Source of the DNA: an uncultured Chthonomonadaceae bacterium
GTDB taxonomy: Bacteria > Armatimonadota > Chthonomonadetes > Chthonomonadales > Chthonomonadaceae
Direction of reading: 5' to 3'
Assembly: GCA_963835065.1 (NCBI GenBank)
Contig: CAWIEK010000003.1
Span: forward strand, 1 to 64,000
DNA length: 64,000 nt
Shown piece after piece: positions 30,577 through 39,591 of the stretch. The number at the start of each line of letters is the position of its first letter. Positions within the stretch are counted from its first letter, which is position 1. The translations under genes and the position numbers were made by a program. The notes under the pieces are model-generated. The model was not told where the DNA came from, made no database searches, and saw only the letters and a list, made by a program, of their open reading frames with translations.

Positions 30577-32055
30577 CTACTTCCTCCCCGTCAAAAACGC
30601 CGTCGCCACTTTGCCCAACCCTTTGAGTTCTGTGTCGCCGCGCTCGGTGAACGTGAATTGTGGTTCCAGACGCTCCCGGACTGCCTGCGTTACGTGAACG
30701 CGCCCCGGTTCGCTCGTTGCCTGCAGGCGGTACGCGATGTTGACCGTATCGCCCCACAGATCATACGCGAACTTTTTCCTGCCGATGACGCCGGCGACAA
30801 CGGCTCCGACGTGCATACCGATACGCACCTGCAGATGGCTGCCGTATTGCGCGTGGACCTCGGATGCCGCCCGGCACATTGCCAATCCGACATCGGCGAC
30901 GGCTTCCACATGGTTTGCGCTATCCGCGGACAGGCCACCGACAACCATATACGCATCCCCGATGGTTTTGATTTTTTCCAGCCCGTATTCTTCCGCAAGC
31001 TGATCGAAACGGGAAAAAATCGTGTTCAGCAGTTCTACAAGTTCGTTGGGAGACGTGTGACTGGCAAGCCGGGTAAAGCCCACAATGTCGGCGAACAGAA
31101 CGGTCACATCCTCCAGGCGATCCGCAATCAGCGTTTCGCCCGCTTTCAGGCGGTCTGCGATGGCGTTGGGCAGAATGTTGAGCAGCAGGCGATCCGCCTT
31201 TTCCCGTTCCAGGGTAATCAGTTCCAGGTACTCGCGCTCCCGATCCCGCAGGCGTTTCTTTTCTAAACTCGCGCCGATGCGGGCGCGCAGTAAAATGGGG
31301 TTGAATGGCTTGGACAGGTAATCCTCGGCTCCCATTTCGATGCAGCGCACCACGCTGTCAAGCTCGCTGAGCGCGGAAATCATGATGACCGGCAAGTGTC
31401 GCAGCGCCGTATCTGCCTTTAATTGCTGCAGCATCTGGTAGCCGTCCATTTCGGGCATCAGCACATCCAGCAGCACCACATCGAACGGCTGCGCCCGCAG
31501 CTTTTCCAGCCCTTCACGCCCGTTTTGCGCTGTGTTCACATAATGCCCCTGCCGCCGCAAGCGCCGGGAAAGCACGTCCCGGTTGGCAGGCTGATCATCC
31601 ACCACCAGCAAGCGGCTTTGTCCCGGCAGGGGCGCTTCCTGAGGGGCTTCGGACGGCAGCAGAATACCCGCAATCGCCCGCTTCGCAAAGGGAACCGCGG
31701 TATTCTCCCCATCCTGTAACCGGGAGCCAAAAAAGTCGTCAACCAGCGCGACAAGCGTGTTGCTGGCGTTGCGGATGCGGTGCAGGTCGGGCACAAAGGC
31801 GTCCTGCCCCACATCTACGGCTTCTTCAATCAGCATTTCGGAATAACCGATGATTTGATTGATGGGGTTCATCAAGTCGTGGCGGACATGCGCGATTTCT
31901 GCGGCGAGGGCGAGGCCGTCCCGTTCTTCTTCGGGATCATTGCCGAAATCGTTGTCGTTGACAGATGCGTTGACGGCCTCGTTGACGGAAAGGCCGGCAG
32001 CCGTGTATCCGGTATTCTCATTGGCAGCAGGGGTAGCAGGAGTGTCGGAGTTCAT
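30577..32055 (-). CDS. HisKA-like/receiver/class III adenylate-guanylate cyclase
   Basis: RHDLMNPINQIIGY, receiver LLDVLMP, VLFADIVGFT, KIKTIGDAYM, YDLWGDTVN. Confidence 0.9.
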   Translation of the reverse strand: MNSDTPATPAANENTGYTAAGLSVNEAVNASVNDNDFGNDPEEERDGLALAAEIAHVRHDLMNPINQIIGYSEMLIEEAVDVGQDAFVPDLHRIRNASNTLVALVDDFFGSRLQDGENTAVPFAKRAIAGILLPSEAPQEAPLPGQSRLLVVDDQPANRDVLSRRLRRQGHYVNTAQNGREGLEKLRAQPFDVVLLDVLMPEMDGYQMLQQLKADTALRHLPVIMISALSELDSVVRCIEMGAEDYLSKPFNPILLRARIGASLEKKRLRDREREYLELITLEREKADRLLLNILPNAIADRLKAGETLIADRLEDVTVLFADIVGFTRLASHTSPNELVELLNTIFSRFDQLAEEYGLEKIKTIGDAYMVVGGLSADSANHVEAVADVGLAMCRAASEVHAQYGSHLQVRIGMHVGAVVAGVIGRKKFAYDLWGDTVNIAYRLQATSEPGRVHVTQAVRERLEPQFTFTERGDTELKGLGKVATAFLTGRK

Positions 32056-32429
32056 AAATTGTGTCCGATCTTGAGCAGCGCTTCGATTTTACCCAGCAGG
32101 CTGGGCAATTCGATGGGTTTGGTGTCGTAATCATCGCAGCCTGCCGCCAGCGCCTTTTCCCGATCCCCCGACATGGCATGGGCCGTCAGCGCTATTATGG
32201 GGATAGACTGCGTGGCGGGATCGGCTTTCAGACGGCGGGTAGCTTCCCATCCGTCCAGGATCGGCAGGCTCATATCCATCAAAATCAACTGCGGCGCGTC
32301 GGAACGCGCCATTTCCACACCCTGCGCCCCGTCCGCCGCGCACACAACCTCGTATCCCTTTTTGGTCAGGCGACGCGACAGCATATCCCGGTTATCTTCG
32401 TTATCTTCCACCAGAAGTATTTTTGACAT
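32052..32429 (-). CDS. Single-domain response regulator (DivK/CheY-like)
   Basis: ILLVEDN, LMDMSLP, ALTAHAM, TKP. Confidence 0.92.
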   Translation of the reverse strand: MSKILLVEDNEDNRDMLSRRLTKKGYEVVCAADGAQGVEMARSDAPQLILMDMSLPILDGWEATRRLKADPATQSIPIIALTAHAMSGDREKALAAGCDDYDTKPIELPSLLGKIEALLKIGHNL

Positions 32430-32443
32430 TCGTGTTTGCTCCA

Positions 32444-35098
32444 TTAACCACCAACCAACAATTCCCGTATCTGGCCGACAAGCGCCTGATGGTTGTACGT
32501 TCCTTTTTGCAGCAACTGCGTGACGCGCCCTTCCAGGCGCTGCCGGTCTTCCGCCGTAATGTCTTTGGCGGTGACAACAATAATGGGAATCTCGTTCCAC
32601 TCTTCATTGGCGCGTATGCGGGCGGTAAATTCAAAACCGTCCATTTCCGGCATCATCAAATCCAGCAGAATCAGGCTCGGTGGGTCGGCGGCAACGCGCT
32701 CCAGGCCGACGCGCCCATTCTCCGCTTCCACAACCTTCCAGCCCGCCCGCGTCAGCATCTGGCGCAGCATCTGGCGCGTCGGCACATCGTCTTCCACGAC
32801 AAGCACGGTTTTGGTAGACGAACGAGCGCGATATTTATCCAGAATGGAGGCCAGGCGCAGGGGCTGTACCGGCTTGGTCAAATAGTCCGCCGCCCCAAGC
32901 GCGTAGCCCAGATCGGCGTCTTCGGTCAGCGTCACCATGACAACGGGAATGTCCGTGAGTTCGGGGTCCGCTTTCATCGCCGACAGCACCGCCCAACCGT
33001 CCATGTGCGGCATCATCACGTCCAGCGTGACCGCCACAGGAGGCGACAGCCGGGCAAGGCGCAGGCCCTCCTCGCCCGATGCCGCACATTCCACACGGTA
33101 GCCCGCTTCTTCCAGCGCCTTCTGCATCATGTCCCGCGACCCGGCCTCGTCGTCAATTACCAGAACGTAGGGCAGCGCGTTTCGGTTCTGTGCCTTCGGC
33201 TTTCCAGTTTGGCTGTCAGAAGGCGTATCGGCGTGGCTTTCCGGCAGCAGCCTTGCCGCCGCCTGTTCCGCAAGCGGCGCGACGGGCAGGCGAATGGTGA
33301 ACGTGGTTCCCTTGCCGACTTCGCTTTTCAATCCAATGGAGCCGCCCATCATTTCGCAGAAGCGTTTGGTAATCGCCAGGCCCAGCCCGGTTCCGCCGTA
33401 CTTGCGCGTGGTGGACGCATCGGCCTGCGCAAACGACTGAAACAGCTTGCCCATTTGCGCTTCGGTCATGCCGATGCCCGTGTCCGCCACTTCAAAAACG
33501 ATCCAATCGCTGTCTTTCCAGTCACTGTCTTTCCAATCCGTGTTAGTCTCGCTGCCCGCCTGTCCGGTTCCATTTGACGGTTGATTTTGCTTTGCGTCTT
33601 TGGATTCGCGCCGCGCGTTCAGGGTAATGCGGCCCTGTTCGGTAAACTTGCTTGCGTTGGAAATCAGATTGAACAGGGATTGGCGCACTTTGGTCAGGTC
33701 GGCGCGGATTGTGCCGATGTTTGCGGCGCAATGCACTTCCAGCGCGTTCTGGTTTTTCTGCGTCAGGGGCTGAATCGCGCCCACAACATCGCGGAGCATG
33801 GCGGCGACATCGAATGTTTCGATGTACAGCTCCATCTTGCCTGCTTCTATTTTGGACAAATCCAGCACGTCGTTGATCAGGGCGAGCAGGTGCTTGCCCG
33901 CGCTGTTGATTTTTTGCAGGTCGGGAACCATGTCGTCCTGCCCCGCGTCCGCCGCGTCTTCCTGCAGCATTTCGCTGTAGCCGATGATGGCATTAAGCGG
34001 GGTGCGCAGTTCGTGGCTCATGTTGGCAAGGAACTGCGACTTGGTGCGGTTGGCGCTTTCGGCTTCCTCTTTCGCCAATGTGAGCGCGGCCTCGGCTTTG
34101 GTGCGCTCGCTTAATTCGGTTTGCAGGGCGGTATTCAGGCGGGCATTGTCTAACGCCAATGACGCGAGCTGCGCAAAGCGATTCAGCAGTTCGCTTTCCG
34201 ACGCGCCGAACGTTTGCTGCGACTCATTGCCATACGCCAGCCCGATAACGCCTGCGAGTTTCCCGGCGGACAGAAGCGGCGCGGCCAGCACCGCCCGCAA
34301 CGGCGTGTCGTCAAAGTCGGTGACATGCTCGCTCCACGCCTTGTAATCGTTGACGATATGCGCCTGTCCGGTTTCCCACACCTTGCCGGCAACGCCCTCG
34401 CCCCGGCGCATCCGATGCCCGCGAAACCCTGCGGCCATTCCCAGGCCGACGCGCAATTCCATACTTTCGCCGTCCGGGGCGACAAGGTAGATGTAGCCAT
34501 GCGGCGCGCGCAGCATCCGCCCCGCCCGCCCCGCCAGATGTTCCAGCAGGTCTTCCATGTCCAGGCGCTGCATCAGCACGAGCGTGGTTTCGTGCAGCGC
34601 GGCAAAATACTCGTTTTGAAGGCGCAGGCCCTCCTCGGCGGTTTTGGTGGCCGTAATGTCGAGCAGCAGTCCGTCCCATAATACGTCGCCGTTGGCCTCT
34701 TGTTCCGGGTGCGACGCGCCCCCAATCCAGCGCGTGACGCCGGAGCGCAGCACAAAGCGGCCTTCCCATTTCCACTCGCTCAGGGTTTGGGCGGATGTTT
34801 CCACCGACTGCAAAAAACCGGGCGCATCGTCGGGATGGATCAGGCTGACAAGCGCCCAGGGATCGTCCATGATGCTTTGCGGGTCCACGTCGAACAGGGC
34901 GCGGGACCCGGTGCTGACATAGGGAAAGGCGACGGAACCATCCGGGTGGCGCACAAACTGATAGACCATCCCCGGCGCGTTGGCGACGATGCGCCGATAG
35001 CGCGCCTCGCTTTGCCGCAGGCGCTCTCCGACCTGCTCGCGGTTTGTGCTGTTTGCGTCCATAGCGTCTCCGGGTAATTGCGCTTCAACTGCTGCCAA
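32444..35098 (-). CDS. Hybrid sensor histidine kinase (PAS-GAF-HisKA-HATPase-REC-REC)
   Basis: NMSHELRTPLN, NLISNASKFT, DTGIGM, GGTGLGL and two receiver domains; start may be 35062. Confidence 0.92.
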   Translation of the reverse strand: MAAVEAQLPGDAMDANSTNREQVGERLRQSEARYRRIVANAPGMVYQFVRHPDGSVAFPYVSTGSRALFDVDPQSIMDDPWALVSLIHPDDAPGFLQSVETSAQTLSEWKWEGRFVLRSGVTRWIGGASHPEQEANGDVLWDGLLLDITATKTAEEGLRLQNEYFAALHETTLVLMQRLDMEDLLEHLAGRAGRMLRAPHGYIYLVAPDGESMELRVGLGMAAGFRGHRMRRGEGVAGKVWETGQAHIVNDYKAWSEHVTDFDDTPLRAVLAAPLLSAGKLAGVIGLAYGNESQQTFGASESELLNRFAQLASLALDNARLNTALQTELSERTKAEAALTLAKEEAESANRTKSQFLANMSHELRTPLNAIIGYSEMLQEDAADAGQDDMVPDLQKINSAGKHLLALINDVLDLSKIEAGKMELYIETFDVAAMLRDVVGAIQPLTQKNQNALEVHCAANIGTIRADLTKVRQSLFNLISNASKFTEQGRITLNARRESKDAKQNQPSNGTGQAGSETNTDWKDSDWKDSDWIVFEVADTGIGMTEAQMGKLFQSFAQADASTTRKYGGTGLGLAITKRFCEMMGGSIGLKSEVGKGTTFTIRLPVAPLAEQAAARLLPESHADTPSDSQTGKPKAQNRNALPYVLVIDDEAGSRDMMQKALEEAGYRVECAASGEEGLRLARLSPPVAVTLDVMMPHMDGWAVLSAMKADPELTDIPVVMVTLTEDADLGYALGAADYLTKPVQPLRLASILDKYRARSSTKTVLVVEDDVPTRQMLRQMLTRAGWKVVEAENGRVGLERVAADPPSLILLDLMMPEMDGFEFTARIRANEEWNEIPIIVVTAKDITAEDRQRLEGRVTQLLQKGTYNHQALVGQIRELLVGG

Positions 35099-35114
35099 AG
35101 TACCTCACCCCAAC

Positions 35115-35280
35115 CCCTCTCCTGGGCGCTCGTTCCTCGCTAGGAGAGGGGCACACCTTCAAACGCGCTGTTGGCGGTTTTCATGTCCAGCCTCTCCTGG
35201 GCGCTCGTTCCTCGCTAGGAGAGGGGCTATTTCAGATGGAACCCCTCTCCTGCGTCGCTCGTTCCTCCCCAGGAGAGGGG
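35115..35280. repeat. Cluster of three REP-like hairpins
   Basis: CCTCTCCTGGGCGCTCGTTCCTCGCTAGGAGAGGGG at 35115 and 35191, variant at 35242. Confidence 0.85.
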
Positions 35281-35505
35281 CTTTTCATACTTTAAGGCGA
35301 ACGTAGTTCATGAAGTCTAAGCGGAAAACGGTAAAGAGAATAATCCAAGCATAGTCTTACATTATACCTTCTCATGCCCTTCCAGAATCAACCCGGTAAT
35401 AAGATGGCAGGGCCGCCGTGTCTGAATCCGCCCGTTCAACCGACATATCAGTACCGATTAGCCCTCAGCCCCTAAACGTTGGGCAAGCAAAGGATGAAGG
35501 ATGGG

Positions 35506-35731
35506 AAAAAAGAGTATGTAGAGGCAGCGTCGAAATCTTGGCAATGCAGCGCTTCCAGCCCGATGTCTCGTTGTGTCAAATTGTAGAAGAGAGGCGTCGT
35601 GACCTCGGAAGCGTCAGGGCGGACGGGAGAAGGGGAACATAGGACTGGCACCTCCCTTCTTGCATGTATAGCACGAGTCTGTATACTAGACACTTGTGCT
35701 GTATTAGACGGATGTGTGGAGCAAAGGGTTC
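35506..35731 (-). ncRNA. Copy 3 of the three-copy promoter/micro-ORF/RNA element
   Basis: GAACC(35731-35727)-N16-CGTCTAA(35710-35704); SD 35658-35649; micro-ORF 35640-35614; conserved 3' block and T-tract. Confidence 0.7.
35614..35640 (-). CDS. Putative micro-peptide MFPFSRPP
   Basis: SD AAGGGAGGTG 8 nt upstream; paralogous micro-ORFs in the other two copies. Confidence 0.5.
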   Translation of the reverse strand: MFPFSRPP

Positions 35732-35743
35732 GTTTTTTTCGCA

Positions 35744-35880
35744 GCGTCAAGGGAATAAATTCCCTCGCTACGCGCCTGCGGCGGACTGTCCTTCGGACAG
35801 GAGGTTCAGGAAAAGAGAGTTCCGTCCGAAGGACGGTTCGGCGGTACGCCGCGTAGCGAGGGAATTTATTCCCTTGATGC
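35744..35880. repeat. Long palindromic element (REPIN/MITE-like)
   Basis: Arms GCGTCAAGGGAATAAATTCCCTCGCTACGCG / CGCGTAGCGAGGGAATTTATTCCCTTGATGC. Confidence 0.85.
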
Positions 35881-36045
35881 CCGTTGTCTCTCCGCGCAGA
35901 GTGATGGTTAACGATAAGATTTTATATGCCGGGTTCTGCCGGGCAACTTTAGAAGCGCCGGTTCCGGCAAAAAAGGCAGGAATTAGCGCAATGAATGGTA
36001 TAAATACGGTAGGAATGAAGACGCGCAGGAAAAGGGAGGAACCGC

Positions 36046-37254
36046 ATGGCAAAAGATTGGACAAGCGCTCTGGTGAACAAGCGCAATCAGGGCGATACGT
36101 GGGCGGACAAATTGGTGGATGAAGTGGTTACGGCGGGCGGGGAGGAGCGGGAAGGCGAAATCAGCATGGGGCGGCTGATAGGCCAGATTGTCAGCGTCCA
36201 TGAAACGGTTCCCGATGATATGCCCTCGGATATGAAAGATTACTTTCTCAAGGATGACAGGCCTGCGTGGGTGGACGCGAACAAAATCAAGCAGGGAACG
36301 GAGGTGTTCGTTCGGCACGGCGTGGAAATTTCGATGATTTTGCTGTGCGCGTCCCTGCCCGCCTGCTACGCGGATGCGCCGGGCGTCAACGCGCTCGACC
36401 AGACGCACCAACTGACCAAGCATCCCCTGCGCCGCGTGATTGAAACCTCGCGCTTTGTCATGGACGTGCTGCTGCCCGACAATTTGATCGGCAACGGACA
36501 CGGCGCGATTACGGCCAAGAAAGTGCGCCTGCTCCACGCCACCAACCGGCGTATGCTGCACAATCAGCCGGGCGCGCTGTGGAACGAGAAGGAATGGGGG
36601 CTGCCGCTCAATCAGGAAGACCTCGCGCTGACGCTGATGACGTTTGCCACCGTCGTGCTGGACAGCCTGGCGAAACTGAACCTGTACGTGTCGCCTGAAG
36701 AGCAGGAAAGCTACGTACATACCTGGCGCTACATCGGCTACCTGATGGGCATTGAAGAGGAACTGCTGCCGGAAAGCGCGGAGGATGGCAGGGCCTTGTT
36801 CAAGACTATTGCTGACCGGGTATACGCCTCAAGCCCGTCCGGCATTGCGCTGACAAAGGCGCTGGTAGGCTTGATGCAGGACATTCTGCCCAATGAAGTG
36901 ATGGACAGCGTGGTTCCCGCGAAAATCCGGCTGTATATGGGGGATGAAGTGTCCGACATGCTGGGCGTGGCACAAGTGCCGCCGCATAGCATCGCCCCGC
37001 ATCTGCTGGACGTTGTAAAATTCGTGCATGGCGTGGAACACAAATTTCTCAAAGATCATCAGGTACTTGGCTTCGCCACTGACTCATTAGGCCGTCTTAT
37101 TCTGCATGGTTTGGAGGATTACACGCGCAATGATGGGCGTCCGCAATTCCATGTGCCAACCCTCCTGCGCGGCCATTGGAAGATGGCTCCCCACACGCCC
37201 AAGCCGCCGGCAGGAACGGTTGTGACAGGCGAGGCGCATGCTGCTACGGCGTGA
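36046..37254 (+). CDS. MpaB/Lcp-like oxygenase family protein
   Basis: SLPACYA, RRVIETSRFV, KVRLLHA, WGLPLNQED, WRYIGYLMGI. Confidence 0.85.
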   Translation: MAKDWTSALVNKRNQGDTWADKLVDEVVTAGGEEREGEISMGRLIGQIVSVHETVPDDMPSDMKDYFLKDDRPAWVDANKIKQGTEVFVRHGVEISMILLCASLPACYADAPGVNALDQTHQLTKHPLRRVIETSRFVMDVLLPDNLIGNGHGAITAKKVRLLHATNRRMLHNQPGALWNEKEWGLPLNQEDLALTLMTFATVVLDSLAKLNLYVSPEEQESYVHTWRYIGYLMGIEEELLPESAEDGRALFKTIADRVYASSPSGIALTKALVGLMQDILPNEVMDSVVPAKIRLYMGDEVSDMLGVAQVPPHSIAPHLLDVVKFVHGVEHKFLKDHQVLGFATDSLGRLILHGLEDYTRNDGRPQFHVPTLLRGHWKMAPHTPKPPAGTVVTGEAHAATA

Positions 37255-37408
37255 AAGCGGGTGTCGGGTGTCGGGTGTCGGGTATTCGGGTGTTCAGGAA
37301 TACGTAAACACAAGAGTTTACTTTAGCGTAATGGGTGCGACAAGCCTCGCAGCCAAACACCTGAACACCGAACACCTGAACACCTGAATACCAAGACAGG
37401 ACACGGGT

Positions 37409-38761
37409 ATGAACTTTGAGGAAAGCCTCCGGTATATGGAGGGCTTGCTGCGGTTTGGGTGGAAGCTGGGGAATGAGCGTTTTACGGCTTTGTGCGCCCG
37501 GTTAGGCAACCCGCAGGATCGCTACGGGGTTCTGCATGTCACGGGCACAAAGGGCAAAGGCTCCACAACCGCGCTGGCGGCGGGCATTTTGCGGGAAGCG
37601 GGGTATGCTGTCGGCGCGTATTTTTCGCCGTATGTGTATGATCCGTGTGAGCGCGTTCAAGTGAACGGACAGATGATTCCACGCGCTGATTTCGCCCGCC
37701 TTGTCACGCGGATACGCCCGCACATCGAAGCCCTGGCGGAAACGGAACTGGGACAGACAACGGAGTTCGAGCTGAAGACCGCGCTCGGCTTCTGCTGGTT
37801 CGCGGAACAGAAGGTAGATCGGGCGTGTATCGAAGTGGGTATCGGCGGCAGGCTGGACGCCACCAACATCGTCAAGCCGACAGTTACGGTGATTACCAAC
37901 ATCGGCTTAGACCATACACAGCAATTGGGCAATACCCACGCCCTAATTGCGGGCGAAAAAGCGGGCATTATCAAACCCGGCGTTCCGTGCATTACGGCTG
38001 TGGAGCATCCCGACGCGCTGCAAGTAATTCAGCAAACGGCGCAGGAACGGGGTTCGTTGTTGTCGTTGGTACGGCAGGGGAAAGCATCGCAGCCGACGGG
38101 CGATGCCACAAAAGTATTTTGGAGTCTGGAAGCAGGCGACCCTCATTCGGCGGAATTTACGGTTGCTACTCCTGCCGCCGTTTACCCATTCCTCAATCTC
38201 CGTTTGAACGGCGTGTATCAGCGCGTCAATGCCGCTTGTGCCGTTGCTGCCGTGGAAACCGCGTTACGCAGCCAAAATGAAACGCTTACGCAATCAACTG
38301 CGCGGCAGGGATTGGCAAGCGTGACATTGCCGGGCCGGTTCGAACAGGTCCAAATTCCCAATGGCCCGCTCGTCGTTCTGGACGGGGCGCACAATGAAAT
38401 GGCGGCGCAGGCTCTGGCTGGCCCGGTTCGCGCCCTGTGCGCCGCCCGGCACATCAAGCGCGTGTTTCTGGTGATCGGCATGTTGAACGGACACGCGCCT
38501 GAAGGCGTGTTTGCCGCCCTCGCCCCGCTTGCCGAGCGCATTTACGTCTGCCAACCGCAATGGAAACGCGCCCTGCCTGCGGAAGAACTAGCAGAAGTGG
38601 CGCGGCAATTCTGTAATACCGTAGCGGTAATTCCTGATGTAGAAGAAGCCGCGCAAACCGCTATTCAAGCCGCTGATTTTACGGACTTGGTATTGATTAC
38701 CGGCTCGTTCTATACTGTTGGCGAAGCCGCCTTTGTGCCTGAAAATAAGGAACAAGTTTAG
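37409..38761 (+). CDS. folC: Folylpolyglutamate synthase/dihydrofolate synthase
   Basis: HVTGTKGKGST, EVGIGGRLDATN, LDGAHN, TGSFYTVG. Confidence 0.95.
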   Translation: MNFEESLRYMEGLLRFGWKLGNERFTALCARLGNPQDRYGVLHVTGTKGKGSTTALAAGILREAGYAVGAYFSPYVYDPCERVQVNGQMIPRADFARLVTRIRPHIEALAETELGQTTEFELKTALGFCWFAEQKVDRACIEVGIGGRLDATNIVKPTVTVITNIGLDHTQQLGNTHALIAGEKAGIIKPGVPCITAVEHPDALQVIQQTAQERGSLLSLVRQGKASQPTGDATKVFWSLEAGDPHSAEFTVATPAAVYPFLNLRLNGVYQRVNAACAVAAVETALRSQNETLTQSTARQGLASVTLPGRFEQVQIPNGPLVVLDGAHNEMAAQALAGPVRALCAARHIKRVFLVIGMLNGHAPEGVFAALAPLAERIYVCQPQWKRALPAEELAEVARQFCNTVAVIPDVEEAAQTAIQAADFTDLVLITGSFYTVGEAAFVPENKEQV

Positions 38762-39561
38762 CGTTTCAAGAACCTGAGGTATTTGTTCAGCGTGGTTGTC
38801 AACTGGAGCGCCGTTGTGTACGTTCGGCTTTGCTTTAGTTCTTCCAGTTCTATGGCGAGGTACTCGGAATGGATCGTGTTGCCGAAGAACTCAAACAGCT
38901 TGCAAATGGCTTCTTTTTCGGCTTCGGGCGCATTGAGGATGGCAAGCAGCGCGTCCGGCGGGCGGGTTCCAACAGCCAGGACGCCCAGGCCAAACCCATG
39001 TTTGAATTCAAGGCTCGGATAATTGCCGGCAAGTTCCGCCCATAGTTTGTGAACGCCAAAGCCGTGCGTAAAAACATTGGTGTCGTGAAACATGACGATC
39101 CCGCGCTCGCTTAATTTCGGTCGCCAGGTTTGATAATCGCGGGCGGCGGCCTCATAGGTGTGGAAGCCGTCTATATGCAGCAGGTCTACGGTTCCATCCG
39201 CGAAGGTGTCGAGCGCGGCATCGAAAGTACACCGGTGCAGCGTGGAGAAAGCCGCGTACAGCGGATCGTGGTGCGCTTTGAGTTTGGCGAACGCCTGCTC
39301 CACAAGCGGCCCCGTATGCTCATCTCCCTGCCAGGTGTCTACCGCGTGGCAGCGCGTTTCATATTGCAGCGCCGCAACCGCCTGACAAAAACCGCAATAC
39401 GATGTGCCGTAGTACGTTCCCAATTCCACAAGGCAGGCGGGCTTCGTCAACTGCACGAGCAGCATCCCGAACGGGATATGTCTGGCCCAGGCGGACGGAG
39501 CCAGCCACAGGGGACGCTCGTACAGAATCGGATAATCCACAGGGTTGAATCGGGTTGTCAA
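38758..39561 (-). CDS. Class I SAM-dependent methyltransferase (Methyltransf_24-like)
   Basis: VELGTYYGTS, AVDTWQGD, LLHIDGFHTYE, FHDT. Confidence 0.85.
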   Translation of the reverse strand: MTTRFNPVDYPILYERPLWLAPSAWARHIPFGMLLVQLTKPACLVELGTYYGTSYCGFCQAVAALQYETRCHAVDTWQGDEHTGPLVEQAFAKLKAHHDPLYAAFSTLHRCTFDAALDTFADGTVDLLHIDGFHTYEAAARDYQTWRPKLSERGIVMFHDTNVFTHGFGVHKLWAELAGNYPSLEFKHGFGLGVLAVGTRPPDALLAILNAPEAEKEAICKLFEFFGNTIHSEYLAIELEELKQSRTYTTALQLTTTLNKYLRFLKR

Positions 39562-39591
39562 TGGTTTCTATGCTCTTTATCTGTTTGACGC

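Noticed and set aside
35115..35280. CRISPR array
   Set aside because: Only three units with unequal spacers (~39 and ~15 nt), REP-like hairpin sequence, and no cas genes.
35506..35660. Known riboswitch or ribozyme (lysine, cobalamin, hammerhead) on either strand
   Set aside because: Only a short AGAGG match; diagnostic cores are absent and the downstream genes are inconsistent. Rfam was not searched.
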